Part shown: positions 1 to 13,980 of the stretch, in pieces | How the letters are laid out: the number at the start of each line of letters is the position of its first letter | How positions within the stretch are numbered: the stretch's first letter is position 1 | Source of the DNA: Chrysomallon squamiferum | Taxonomy: Eukaryota; Animalia; Mollusca | Direction: 5' to 3' | Assembly: GCA_012295275.1 (NCBI GenBank) | Contig: CM022677.1 | Span: 4,340,001-4,404,000 of the forward strand | Length of the DNA: 64,000 nucleotides | Translations under genes and position numbers: made by a program | The notes under the pieces: model-generated | Database searches by the model: none | What the model saw: only the letters and a program-made list of their open reading frames with translations | What the model was told of the DNA's origin: nothing

Positions 1-32
1 AAGTGCGAGTACAACACTAGGTAAGTGGGAGG

Positions 33-270
33 CAGTGTTGCCAGATGGCTCATACAGAAATCGACTAGAACTAGCTTTGAAAATGGCTAAAAACTGGCTA
101 GACTTAATAGTAAATGGATAAAGAAAACGGCTCAATTTATCTGTGCATTTTTATGAATAGTTTCTCAAGTATTCTTACAAAAAATCTAGCCACTAAATGA
201 GGTTTTTTTCGGCCAGATGCTGTCAAATTTGGCTAAATCTAGCCGGAAATCAACTAATTTGGCAACACTG
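33..270. mobile_element. Non-autonomous hAT-superfamily MITE (238 bp)
   Basis: TIRs CAGTGTTGCCAGAT (33-46) and revcomp CAGTGTTGCCAAAT (257-270), 13/14 match; perfect 8-bp TSD GTGGGAGG at 25-32 and 271-278. 8-bp TSDs are typical of hAT elements. Confidence 0.9.
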
Positions 271-470
271 GTGGGAGGAGCCACAGTGGTGGCGCGACCA
301 AAACAAAACAGAAACCAAACATGTTCAATACTGGCTCAGACGTTGTGTTGAGTGACTTAGGGAACTGTTACATTTAGTTTCATAGTATGAATTTATATAA
401 CTGTCTTAATATGTTTTTCACCGTGTTTTATATAATATTCACATTCGGCTCAAAATCAATTAACGACCCC

Positions 471-1255
471 ATGGCATTGAAACATGGGAAAGTTCAGAAT
501 CTTTACGTCAGACAGTTATCGGTTGGTTCGCGGAACAAGTTATTACAAGCGTAACATTTAAAAAGACTAAACACATTGTCGGAGACTTGTAAACAAGATG
601 AACGAATATTAAAACGTAAGTTTACAAAATGTAATTTCTTTCTATAACAATTAAAAGTATTTTCATGATAAAAATAACATTTATAAAAAATATTTTAAAA
701 TAGCCTCCCTTAACCTGCGTTTTAATAGAACGTGCGCAATAGCGCTCCATTTTAAGTGTTCAGAGCATGTGACGAACTTAACTAGATTTTAATTAGGACT
801 GACGGAATCTTAACAGTGTGTTGACAGTGAGTATAAACCATTTTGTAAACCAATATTTACAACTATATTATTATTATTACCGGGCTAGACCTATTGTTAA
901 AATGTATTTCTTTCTGCAGTCAAATGTTTGATTCAGAATTTTTTACTTTTTGAAGTTTTTCGCCCAGGATGTACGTAAACGGATACACAGTCATTTCATA
1001 AGCAAAAATGCAAAAACATGCAGTGAAAAGAAAAAATAATATGATTAAATCTTGCAAATATATTAATGATATTTAATTACTTAATTATTATATTTGTTTC
1101 TACAACATGACCTTAGGAAGTTTCCTTCATATAACTACTGTTAATTATTTATTTTAATTTTCTTCTTTTTCTTTATTTATTTAGTTATTTCACCCGCAGT
1201 GATAAAGTTACTGCTTTTCCGGTTCGGTTAGAGTAAAATAATTTCTGTTAAAATG

Positions 1256-1307
<52 letters not shown>

Positions 1308-3504
1308 TAAAAAAAAAAATTATCTCAATGGTAAAATAAATTAACATCACCAATCATAGAACAGTTAAACAATTTACAATTCAGAGTTAAATACAACAAA
1401 CACATTGTGTAATGCATTTTTAATTAATATTTGATATTAATATCAATTTACTGATGTCTGGGCTGGGGTGGAGGTCAGTGTGAATGGTTTTACTATTTTC
1501 TCTTCATGGTTTGTTATATAATAATATGTGTTTAATTTTCAGTTTCTAACAGCAGTAAAATGACAGATTCTGTAAGTTTGTTTTCTGTAAATTATATTTT
1601 AAAACCCACACACACATACTAACACACACACACACACAAACACAAATTTGGGAACTGACATAAGCAGTGAAAGGAAGTGAAGAAGAATTGTTATCAAAAT
1701 GCTTAAATATTTTAAATTTCATTAAAAGCTGATTATATTTTATTTTATATTGTTTTCTTTATTATTATTATTATTATTATTAGTTTCATTATTATATTTG
1801 TTGTTATTACTATTGTTGTTGTTTTCACCATCATTATTGTTATTGTTACATCATCATCATCATCATCATCACCATAATCATCATTGTGACCTCATTCTCT
1901 AGTCTGGGTCAACAAGACAAATGACCTCTGACCCAGCTGTTACCAATCAGAGAGTTGCTTCTGACCAGCCTGAGCTTACAGTGTTTAATAAGGTGAGACT
2001 GTCTTATATTGTTTTATTACACTATGTTAAAACTACAGAAAACATCAGAATTAAAATATACATTCAAAGACACTAACAAGGTGAGACTGTCTTATATTGT
2101 TTTATTACACTATGTTAAAACTACAGAAAACATCAGAATTAAAATATACAGTCAAAGACAGTAATAAGGTGAGACTGTCTTATACTGTTTTATTACACTA
2201 AGTTAAAACTACAGAAAACATCAGAATTAAAATATACAGTCAAAGACAGTAATAAGGAAATAAATAAATAAATAAATAAATAAATAAGATGAACAAGACA
2301 GAAAAGAAACTGATACATATTAATTGCTCAGAACTGATGAATTTAACATTTAACAATGAACTAGAATTATTTTATTTTTTAGAAGTGTAGACATCTTACT
2401 GACTTTATTTATATGTTAAATATAAAAAACATTGCGGTGGTTTTAACAAATTTTCTAACAAACTTACCATAAACCTGCCTTCATTATGAACTTTGTTTGT
2501 TTTTTGTCATAATTAGCATAATTCTGTTAGAATAATGAACTTTGTTTGTTTTTAGGCATAATTAGCATAATTCTGTTAGAATAATGAACTTTGTTTGTTT
2601 TTTGTCATAATTAGCATAATTCTGTTAGAATAATGAACTTTGTTTGTTTTTAATTAGTTTAATTTTGTTTTTGTCATAAATAGCATTCTGTTATATAATG
2701 AACTTTGTTTGTTTTTTGTCATAATTAACATAATTCTGTTAGAATAATGAACTTTGTTTTTTTTGTCATAATTAGCATAATTCTGTTAGAATAATGAACT
2801 TTGTTTGTTTTTTGTCATAATTAACATAATTCTGTTAGAATAATGAACTTTGTTTTTTGTCATAATTAACATAATTCTGTTAGAATAATGAACTTTGTTT
2901 TTTGTCATAATTAGCATAATTCTGTTAGAATAATGAACTTTGTTTTTTTTTTGTCATAATTAACATAATTCTGTTAGAATAATGAACTTTGTTTGTTTTT
3001 TGTCATAATTAGCATAATTCTGTTAGAATAATGAACTCTGTTTGTTTTTTGTCATAATTAACATAATTCTGTTAGAATAATGAACTTTGTTTGTTTTTTG
3101 TCATAACTGTCTCATGCGAGTTGAACTCAGTGTTGTTGTAGTTGCAGGGGATGCCAGCCAGGCAGCTTCGATTTTGCAGGAACTCAGCACTTCTCACATT
3201 ATTGCCATCGATTGAGAAAATGCGTTTAGGTCAAATGATGACAATATGTGCGTTTTCTTCTTTTTCAACTGTTTTTAGCTTTTTAATATTTTATTTTGTA
3301 GTGTTCAAGATGAGTTTATCCCAGATAAATAAAAACAGTCTGTCTAGAGGGTTCTGTGTATGTTTATACAAAACATGTTTCTCTTGAATCTCTTCTACAT
3401 AATAATAACTAATAGCAAAGACAGATTAGTTTTTAAATTTAACTGTAATTTCTATCTTTATTATTATTATACTTTAGTGGACATTACAGATGGATTATTT
3501 TTGT

Positions 3505-3591
<87 letters not shown>

Positions 3592-5804
3592 TGTATTTAT
3601 TTGTTTATTTATTTATGTATTTATTTATTTATGTGTTATTATTTATTTACTAACTTATTTATTAATTTTTATTCACATTTCAATTCAATGTAATAGGGAT
3701 GCATCCTTTAGACACTGCCTATACCAGAACCTTCGTATCTGCAAACGTGAGTTAGTCAGATCCCAGTTCATTGAGATGAAAACTTTAACTGTATTTTTGT
3801 TCTTGAAAAAGTAAATTGTATACAAATATTTGATTCACACCATATTATTAGCAGTTAGATAACTGTAAGCTAAAAAAAAAAAAAAAATTAACTGCAGATT
3901 TAGAAACAATGTACATTCAGAAACTTTTTAAAATTATAATATTCTTTCTTAAACATGAATTTTCAGCAATGTCTGTCCATCCTATATATATAAATATATC
4001 AGTAATTATTTGTTTTAAATTTTAAAATATTTATTTAGGCCAGTTTTGGCAGTCATTATAGAGAAAGTCTGGATTGTGTGTTCATTTAAAAATTGCCAAC
4101 TTGTTGAGGAAAAATGGATCAAACAATTATTTTGTATAAAACATTTCTATTATATTATGATTAATGTTCTTATTGTCATTTGCTGATAACTTTTATAACT
4201 TTAGCTTTCATGTTGAGTAAACCTGTCTTTTCTAATCAGTAATCTTAGTCACAGTTATAACTGATGAAATTAACTGAATCATCATTAAGTATTAAGAAGC
4301 CAAATGGCAGACATTTTGACATTTTACTTCTTGTTGTTGTTTGAAGCTGTAATAGATTTTTGTGTGTTCTGTTGTGTTACTGAATTGTATGTTACTGAAT
4401 TGTATTTCAGGTGAGGGGCAGACTTCCTGCTTTTGAAGAACTATTAACGAGTGAAAACGAACAGGAAGATCACAGGAAGACCAAACAGAAAACAAAATGT
4501 CTGTTGAAAGTAAGTGCTGTCTTGTCTTCATTATTGTTGTTATGCTTTTTCTTATATTATTGTTGTTGTTATTATCATGATTTTGTTACATTATTATTTT
4601 TGCTATTATTACCATTTTTCGTTTTATTGTTATTTTGTTTTTATTAGTTTTTTCTTTTTATCATATTTATTTTTGTTAAAATACTGCTTTTTATCATTAT
4701 TTTGTTTTATTACTGTCTTTTGCTATGTTATTTTGTTATTACTGTTTTTTGTTTTATTATTATTATTATAATCCTTTATTATCCTTTTTTTTATTATCAT
4801 TGTTGTTATACTTCTTGCTGCTGTTTTTGTATAACTGAATTAGCTTCAGGTTTTTTTCAAAATCAAATCCATGAAACCATTTTTATTAATGTACAAATAT
4901 TTCTCACTGCTTAACTGTGTTTTTCTTATCTTTGAAAATAAAAATCCTGTCACTACAGAAAAAAAAAAAAAAAATGAATAAAAATAAAAATGAGTTGTAA
5001 TTTGTATAAAACATCATATTGATGGTGTAATTATGTTTAAATAAATAATAAATAAATATTATTGTTTCATTATTTTTTAAAAGGATTATACCTAGTGAAA
5101 GGGGTTATGCAAATATTTCTTTATGTAAGACTTTAATTAGTTACATGGAGTTTCAGTCTGTACTGACAGATGTCTGTTAATAGATGTTCTGATGACCTTT
5201 CCTTAAAGACATGTTTAAATTGGTTGGTGTATTAAGATGAATAAAGATAAAATGTCATTTTGAATATTTTTACTTTCAGACACCATGTGAAACATTACAC
5301 ACACCTCGTAAGTTGTAGTAGTAGTTGTATTAGCAGTAATTGTAGTTGTATTAGCAGTAGTAGTAGTTGTTGCTGCATTAGTAGTAATAGTAGTTGTTGT
5401 GGTTGTCATATTTATGTTGTTCTGACTTAAACCATTTCTCTAGAAACATTGAGATCTAGAAAATTACATATTTTTAGTTTTATTGGCAATAGAAGTAGTA
5501 GTCATAGTTATGAAAACTATAATTCTATGTGAATAATAATTGCTGCTGTAGTGGTAGTTGTAGTGTAGTAAAAATGATGATATTAACAGAAGTCAGTTAG
5601 TTGTTACAATGATAATAAGGCTGATAGTTTGTGTGTAAAATACTGAGACAACGGATTTAAAAGTATAATCAATATAAAATGTCATCATTTTTGTATTTGA
5701 ATAAAAATCTGCTTAAATATGTTTATGTTAATTTATTAAGCAGATATTTTTTCTTTTCTTGCACAGCAGAAAAAGGTGCTAAAAAGAGGAAGACGGCGCA
5801 GTGA
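471..5804 (+). CDS. Spliced 9-exon orphan gene: about 205 codons with one in-frame TAA at 552-554, or an intact 134 aa from ATG 1560; C-terminal KKRK NLS-like motif
   Basis: Exons 471-615, 920-970, 1543-1571, 1903-1992, 3142-3229, 3697-3746, 4411-4509, 5280-5307, 5767-5804, all GT-AG (exon-5 donor GTCAAA is weak). Phases join in one frame: MALKHGKVQNLYVRQLSVGSRNKLLQA*HLKRLNTLSETCKQDERILKLKCLIQNFLLFEVFRPGFSNSSKMTDSSGSTRQ...RGRLPAFEELL...PEKGAKKRKTAQ*. AATAAA signals at about 5993-6039. Confidence 0.6.
1988..2257. repeat. 88-bp tandem repeat x3 containing the exon-4 splice donor (AAG|GTGAGA)
   Basis: GTGAGACTGTCTTATA recurs at 1993, 2081 and 2169. Confidence 0.9.
2486..3107. repeat. About 49-bp intronic minisatellite, about 13 copies
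   Basis: Unit ATGAACTTTGTTTGTTTTTTGTCATAATTAGCATAATTCTGTTAGAATA; starts at 2486, 2535, ... Confidence 0.95.
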
Positions 5805-6328
5805 TGTTGTCACAAAACAGGACAGTGACCCAAGCTGTAATTAGGTCACACTGAAAGAGCCAGTTTTCAAAAATAATGTCGTAATGTTTGCTTCTCAGAG
5901 TTCATCTTTCGTTTTTCTTCTTCATAACTGAAGTAAAGTTGTGTTATTTTTAGTACATCAAAGTGGATGGTATGTACTGTGCTATCTTGTAAAATAAATA
6001 AACCTTTTTTGTTAATCATTTTGTCGGATTATTAATAAAGCTTTGAGAACCAAAACTGGATTTTTTTATTTTTTTATTTATTATTTATTTATTTATTTAT
6101 TTACTTATTTAAAAATATAAGATTAATAAAGTAAAATATTACTACTATTATTATAATTTCATCTTCTTCTTCTTTTTCTTCTTATTATTATTGTTATGGA
6201 TTTATTTATGTCAGTTTCTCTTTGGACAGATTATTTCAAGCTCAAATTACCCTTGATACAGTCTATCGTTTTCCTTTCTAAGATCTCCGTGCTTTTTATA
6301 TTTATTAAATGAGAAACATCTTACACTG

Positions 6329-6570
<242 letters not shown>

Positions 6571-7678
6571 TTATTACTGAGTAGACAATAAGAAAACAAT
6601 AGTGTGTTGTAAGTGGCTAAATGCGGTGAATTTTATAAAAATTCTGTTACATTATGAAAAGTAGGCTGTAATAGTTTGCACTGATGATTAATTCCTGATT
6701 TTTAGCTGACAAATTAACTATGTTAATGAACGTAATAGGCAGCCATTTGGTAATGCACGAGAAAATTCGAAGAAATCACTGTAAAATGTACCCAGTAATA
6801 CAGAACTATTTAATCTTTCTTCTTTCTCAAAGATTATATTAAAAAATATTTATAGGTGAAAATAAAAAAACGTATTTTGATATTTAATAAAAATTTTGCG
6901 TATTTTATGAAAATATTGACCCCTTCAATGCTATAATGTAACGCTCCGCTCCTCACTTTCAAAATGGCGGGAGAATTTATTCCATATTTGACAGGGGTGT
7001 TGGGTTGTTAGTTGCACTGTACTTGTAGGGGCTAGAAACAATTCATTCTTCTATTGGTTTTACGTTGTTACACTTTTTATTATTAAAATCAAATATAATA
7101 TTTAGTATACTTTACACAATACATACTTATTTATCTTTGTCAAGTGGGGATCAACTATATATAAATTTCTTTTCAAATGTTAAGAAAGCAATACATTATT
7201 TTCATTTTCTGTGTTGAGAGATGGGTGCGTGTGTGTCTATATTATATGCAAATAAGGTCGAGGTGATTACATTGGATAATAAAATGTTGATAGTTGACTT
7301 TCATAGTCTCTGTTTTAACATTTGACAACAGTTAAATAACAATTGTTGAAACCAGAAACATAAATGTACAAGAACAGGAAAAATTTGATATTTCTGGTGC
7401 CACGTTTGTTTCAAGATGTAACATAATTACTGGTTCACTTTTTCACATTTTAGCAGCAAAATTCAAAATGCTAATTGTTTCTAGAAGGTATGATATATTT
7501 TAAAAATGTTTGTGTGAAGTTTTGAGTGAATTCCCTAATAACAGGGTTGAATAAAAAAAAAAAAAAATGACTGAACGAATATATAAATAAATACTATTTG
7601 TCATAAAGGGTTTATGAAAAACAGATTTTCAATGCAAAATTCATTTTTAATATTTAATATATATATATATATATATAT

Positions 7679-7767
<89 letters not shown>

Positions 7768-8275
7768 ATCTTTTGAGGTTGGATACATCTACCACTGAAG
7801 ACGTACTTGTTCATCAGTTGTCAGTTTCAGCGGATATTTATTTCTGTCTTTTGTAAATTTAATCAAATAAATTTACTTCCAAACAATGTTTGCATCAACA
7901 TCGTCACATCATCATCATCACTGTCGTGTAAAACTGTCGTCACTCAGACCCAGAGAGTTACAACAACAGCTGTCGGCAGATTTCCCTTTCGTTTCAGATG
8001 TTCTGCCTGCATCGCCGCCGTCGTGGTTGTTATTTACTGAAGTGCAGGAATCATGTCTGCCATGTAGATTTGATCCCAAACAACAACAAAACCCCCCAAA
8101 AAGAAACACGATAAAAAGTCAAGATGAACAAAACAATATTTTTCGTTTGTGACCGTCCACTAATAAAAATATTTTTCACTTTACTAAGATTTTTGAATAA
8201 TTCTAGCTAAAAATATATCATTCAAAACACAACACAAAATAATTTGAAACATTTATTAGAATAAGAAATCGAAGC

Positions 8276-8334
<59 letters not shown>

Positions 8335-8814
8335 CAAGATTCGACTTGTACCGCATAAATGAACTTGAGCTTAAATATGTTTGAAACGGCGCCATTTAAA
8401 AATGTGTTCATCACTGAGTACGTAGACAGTTTGATACACAAACAAACAAATAAGCTGTCAGTTATACATTTTATTTTACACAATGATTTATTCGAATAGA
8501 TTTAAAAATACAGTGTTTATATCTCTCACTGTTTTACAGTGTGCAGTATGAAACACGGAACAATATGATAGTGCCGCATGAGTAGTCTCCCTTCTTATTT
8601 TACCAATGTCATAACATTAGAAAAAAACAATTAAAAACAAAATAATAATAAATTTGTTTTTATTAGTATTTATCTGTAATAGATCAAGTCGTAAAAGTTG
8701 CATTAGCTTCATCTGTTCTTAAATAAATAATTTGTTAAGTAAATATATGTATTAAACTGTGATATCGGTATTAACTTCAAATTCTCTTTTCGTAAATATT
8801 AATTTTAACTGCTT

Positions 8815-8845
<31 letters not shown>

Positions 8846-9083
8846 GATGTAACCGAACCCGAAAGCTCAATCGATGATTACTGATTTCAAGTCTGCTTCA
8901 CGAAGTACCGAAGCGATCGATATCAGGGAGAACTGGTAAAGAGACTTCACGTGCATGGCTGTGTTAACCGGTTTCGTCATCACCACTGAAAGTGTTGCAA
9001 AGCCTATTTAAGAGAGGACGGAAACCTTCTTCTTTGATAGTCTTCGTTTTATCATTTTTGTCGCCCTCTTTCATTTAACAGAC

Positions 9084-9545
9084 ATGGCCAACACACGACG
9101 CACTTTAAAATTGGAAGAACGTATTCATGCTGTTAAAAGTTATTATTTGTCGGAGAGGAGTTATAAAAATGTTACTGATCATTGGAATGAATCGTTTGAT
9201 ACACCACCTCCATCAAAATCGTCAATCTACGAATTGTTACAAAAATTCAAACGAACTGACAACGTCGCCGACGCGTATAAACCTGGTGCACCAAGAACAA
9301 TGAGGACAACTGCCAACCAGGAATTAGTAGCATCATCATACGTCAACAGCCTCGCAAATCCCAGAGACGTGCTTCTGCAGAGCTGCGCATATCACGATCG
9401 TCTTTACAACGCATCACGTCAAATATTGGCTTGCACCCATATCGTCCGCGGGAACTCCAGGCTCAAACAAAAAGTAACTGAATCAACCATTGAACGATGT
9501 CATCACTGTATTACAAATAATGGTTACATCTGGGCCACCCTGTAT
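9084..9545 (+). mobile_element. Internally deleted Tc1/mariner-type transposase (DUF4817-like N-terminal HTH) with right terminus
   Basis: MANTRRTLKLEERIHAVKSYY...PPPSKSSIYELLQKFKRTDNVAD..PGAPRT is a DUF4817-type HTH. A frameshift near 9348 continues as PRKSQRRASAELRISRSSLQRI...LHPYRP, then jumps to the C-terminal LKQKV...RCHHCITNNG, so the DDD core is missing. Ends in TGGGCCACCCTG-TA, a mariner-like terminus. Left TIR not found. Confidence 0.8.
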
Positions 9546-9837
9546 ATTGTAAAACAATGACAAAAAAACAACAACAAACAAACAAGTACAACACAGTTTT
9601 TAAAATCAATTTTAAGGTTTGAAATATTTCTTACTCTTACTACTCAGATTTAAATTGTTTCATGACAAGATCAGAAAAAATCAGTTAATTTTTTATTGAA
9701 TGTAAAATATTAGGTATTCTTCGCAAGGTTGGAGTATGCATAAAGACTTAATCACTGAACAGTAACTCAAATCATTGAGCTACAAATGATGAGGCTTGAA
9801 CCAGCTGTCTGTTATTTTTCAAGCCAGTGTCCTAACC

Positions 9838-9868
<31 letters not shown>

Positions 9869-9939
9869 GCTGTCTGGTCCTATGAATGAAGTTATATGTA
9901 CAAACACAAATGTACACATCCATGCAGATAAGAACATAC

Positions 9940-10040
9940 AGATTATTCAGTTAGCAGCTAAAGATCATTGATATGTACCATCCCACATACAGGAGAGTAC
10001 ATACCATAGTCATTATTATATCAGTGCAAAGAATGCCAAA
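9940..10040 (-). mobile_element. Degenerate SINE core fragment
   Basis: Revcomp TATGGTATGTACTCTCCTGTATGTGGGATGGTACATATCAATGATC resembles the core of a gastropod tRNA-derived SINE (from recall) and the copy at 17.1-17.4 kb. Confidence 0.5.
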
Positions 10041-11171
10041 TCCAGCTCTCTTGAAAACAGAAAACTAATTTATTGAACATATATATTTTCACAACAGCTA
10101 ACTTATGCCCTTCATAATAAATATATATAGGAATTATCCCCCTTGATGCTAGATTCTTCATTCATTCATTCATTCATTTCATTGCTATTAACTAATAGGA
10201 AATTTATATTTACGATGCTATCTTATGAATTAAACTTTTCATTCAAATGGTTACATTTTGTTGGGTTTTTCTAAATAATACATTCACTCTGGTTTGAAAG
10301 ATTGTTTTTAATGCACTACTTTGACCACACCCCTTTCAAAGATGGATCACTTTTCTGTGCTTCTCACCGATTGTTTTTGATCCAGTTAATTTGTGCAATA
10401 TAATCAGCAGATGTATTTAACTCAACAGAACTAAGTGTTTGATCAACAGTAACCACTGCTTGAATACATTCTCATTCTGCTCTTTCAGATATCCTTGACA
10501 AACATGAACCAGTTTTCCTTCAAACAGATCTAGTAGAAATGCAGGTTTATGAGATCAAGCCACACCTCTCAGAAACTAGAGGTGAACTGATGTCACAGTA
10601 ATGGTAGCACACATTCCCCCAAATGTCTGAATGATTATATTTTTGCTTTTTGCAGAGTTATTATTATTTTTTTTTTTTAGCTCTTATACGATAAGTTATA
10701 GCATCTTTTACATTTAGGCTCTGCCTAGCTCCTATGTCCCAAACACTGGAACATCCTAGGAGGATAACTATTTGGTTGAATATCACAAATAGTATCCTCG
10801 GATGTATATTTAACTCTTTTCTGTGTATACATCTCTGGTAATTCTGAAATTTTATCATTACATTTAGTCTTAATAAAACCTACAGTTTTCTTATTATTTT
10901 TTTCTCGTATAACAGTTTGAAACAACACGATCATTCATTTTGCAATAGGAACAACTGATGATCGTGTAACATTCTATTTGATTTATTTATATTTCATAAT
11001 CAGTTGATAATTTATGTATTTAGTTAGCTATTTAGTTACTGTTGTTTCATTTTATTTATATTATTATTTTTAAACTTCATTATTATTAAAAAAAAATTGA
11101 ATAGCTTTATTTTCATTTATTATTATTATTTTTAAAAACATTATAAATTGTTACTCAGTTTCAATTTTTAC

Positions 11172-11410
11172 GTCAGTTTAGTCAAATCTCTCTTCTGAAC
11201 AGTTAATATTATCTAATTCTGTCAGTTTAGTCAAATCTCTCTTCTGAACAGTTAATATTATCTAATTCTGTCAGTTTAGTCAAATCTCTCTTCTGAACAG
11301 TTAATATTATCTAATTCTGTCAGTTTAGTCTCTCTTCTGAACAGTTAATATTATCTAATTCTGTCAGTTTAGTCTCTCTTCTGAACAGTTAATATTATCT
11401 AATTCTGTCT
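11172..11410. repeat. 49/44-bp tandem repeat, about 5 copies
   Basis: GTCAGTTTAGTC(AAATC)TCTCTTCTGAACAGTTAATATTATCTAATTCT at 11172, 11221, ... Confidence 0.95.
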
Positions 11411-11559
11411 CTAAGCAATAATTAAAAACTATCTGAGTTGTCCTTTAAAATTTCATTATTTCAGATAAATGCAATAATGATTTTGGTTATCAAGATAACT
11501 TATAGTAGAAAGACTTAAAGAAACATCAGAAAGTGAGTTATTTCTGTACATATGTATGT

Positions 11560-11629
<70 letters not shown>

Positions 11630-12475
11630 TTAACAGAATGGATTTCTTCCTGATAGTTTCCTACTTTCTTTTCATATAAATGTTTTTGATGTTTTATACA
11701 ACACTTGTTTCATTTACAACATTAAAAGGTGTGAAAGTGAATGGAAAGCAGATAACAAAACAGTGGACAAACAAGTAATTTTTATAATTGCATCGTGTAT
11801 TTAATCTGATGTTATAATTATGTTTATTAATACTAATAAATGTTTCTGGTATTATTCAGAATAAATGAAGAAAATGGCTTGTAAGAAACAAGAAGATGGA
11901 TAAAATAAAGTTCAAGTGATGAAGAAATTAAACAACTGGAGTGTGTACTTAATTGACTGGAGAACATGTTACCTCTTTTTCACAGAATGGTTATACTGGA
12001 ATTAATGATGGAACAGAAATGAGTGAAGATGAATTAATTGCCTTGAGAATACATTTTTATATAAGCAAAGGGACACAACTTTGACTAAAGCTTATAATTA
12101 TTATGACTAAGAATAGTTGCATTCAGTATTAATTAATGAAACTTCAGTTCCTGACACAAATGAAGTACAATTTTAAAATCTCATTTTATGCTGATTTTAA
12201 ATCAGTGTTAATGACATCTATACTTTCTGACAGAAATAGGTTCTGTGTTAAAATCTCTCTTTGTGGTTTCAAAACTCAGCACTAATAATTAATGACAAAA
12301 ATAAGTCAAGTCTTAACAGCTCATTTTGTACTGACAAAGGATTAACTTGATTCTGTTTCCTAGAGCAAGGAATGAATTTGTATTTGGGTTTCATATATTA
12401 CTATGAAACATTACCAACTTCTTTATTGCTTATACAAAAATTAAATACATTGTCTTAGTGACAGACATTTATTTA

Positions 12476-13267
12476 CCGTATATACTTGTGTACAAGGCGA
12501 CCTTATGTATAAGTCGATGTGTATTTTAAGACCAAAAATTGCGTCATTTTAGGTATTACTTGTGTATAAGTCGACTGTAGATTCCAGGCACCGTCACTAT
12601 TTTTAGACCAGTGTGACAGTGCCATGAAGGCCTACATTGTACGCCTACTGTAATATAACTTGCACGAGCTGTAACTTGCACGAACATCCCATAATAACGT
12701 AAATACATGTATTACACAAGCTATAGCCTAAATGTATCATAAATAGTATCTCTTTAATGTAATAGGTCTAACATGGAGACCTAACTTACCGTTATATTTA
12801 GTCGATTTGTCGGTAGTGGATATTAATGACGATTGCAATATTATTTCACCAAATTCTTTACAATTACACAAGTGAGTTTTGTTTATGAAATTAGGACCGA
12901 TATTTAGTGCAATTTGGCAGAGAAGTCTGCATTCCTAGATCATTGCAAGACGCCGTAAGGCATAACGCCGTACTGACGGTTTTTTGCTTTAAAATGTATT
13001 TTTATGTCATTAAACGGAAGAATATCATGTTTTACATTCATATTTGGTTTTGTTATTTAATTTTTCAAAAATTTTTATACGATAAAATTATATTTTTGAA
13101 AAGCTGAAAGACTGCGATTATTTTAGATGCATCCCGTAGCAAAAAATAGTCAAAATGGCGACTCTTCAGCAACAGCTACAAAAGCATTACCTATGTATAA
13201 GTCGACCCCCAAAATATTACCTTAATATAGTCTCCCAAAAATTCGACTTATACACAGGTATATACGG
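12476..13267. mobile_element. Non-autonomous pogo/Tigger-like (Tc1/mariner superfamily) element, 792 bp
   Basis: TA TSD at 12474-75 and 13268-69; 25-bp TIR CCGTATATACTTGTGTACAAGGCGA vs CCGTATATACCTGTGTATAAGTCGA (22/25); internal repeats of TGTATAAGTCGA. Confidence 0.85.
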
Positions 13268-13690
13268 TACTCCATATAACTGATAGTCTTTGTGTTTCAG
13301 CTGAATTGGTTCTGAATGAGACTTGCAGTTACCAACAAATTTAAAACTGCTTTTGGATCCACCAATTAGTAATTTTTGTTAGGATTAAGTTTAAACTTAA
13401 ATCAATCTCAGTATAAGAGAAATGGTTAGTGTTAGTGATATTTTAAATATAAACTGATCTCAAGAAATTCTAAAATTGTAAAACTCGGTGGAAGTTAAGA
13501 AATATATATATAAATAATAATAAGAACAAGAAAAAAAAAAACCTTAATTTAATATATTTTTCATTGTTGGTTAAAGTTAGGTTTGTGATAGGGTAGATGA
13601 TTTAAATATACATATTCAAAACATTTTTTATTTTCTTTATTTATATATTTATTTATTTACTTATTTATTTATTTCTTCTTCTTCTTCTTC

Positions 13691-13738
<48 letters not shown>

Positions 13739-13740
13739 TT

Positions 13741-13980
13741 TCATTTTTTAATTATTACCTGTCTCAGTTTAGCACGTTCTGATGTTTCTGTTCCTTTTAT
13801 CAATTCTATAAATGTGTATGTATTTAGACGATGAATTGACCGGTTCATTCTGGAATGAAAACCCTGCACATTATTCGTAGTTCTAGGACCAGTGGTCAGT
13901 TGATGGTTGCACAAAATTTGAGGAAATCTGGCGTCATCGTCTACCCTGGTAGAAACCAAATAATCATCAAATGTCTCCAT
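13741..13980 (-). mobile_element. Mutator/MULE transposase C-terminal fragment
   Basis: FDDYLVSTRV..ARFPQILCNH...PRTTNNVQGFHSRMN..HRLNTYTFIELIK matches the MULE motif F.DY..TW..FP..WN..RTNN..E..H..LN..PN...FI..LK. Confidence 0.7.

Noticed and set aside
6940-6975. YY1-like CAAAATGGCGG possible promoter
   Set aside because: A single motif with no supporting cluster or assignable first exon
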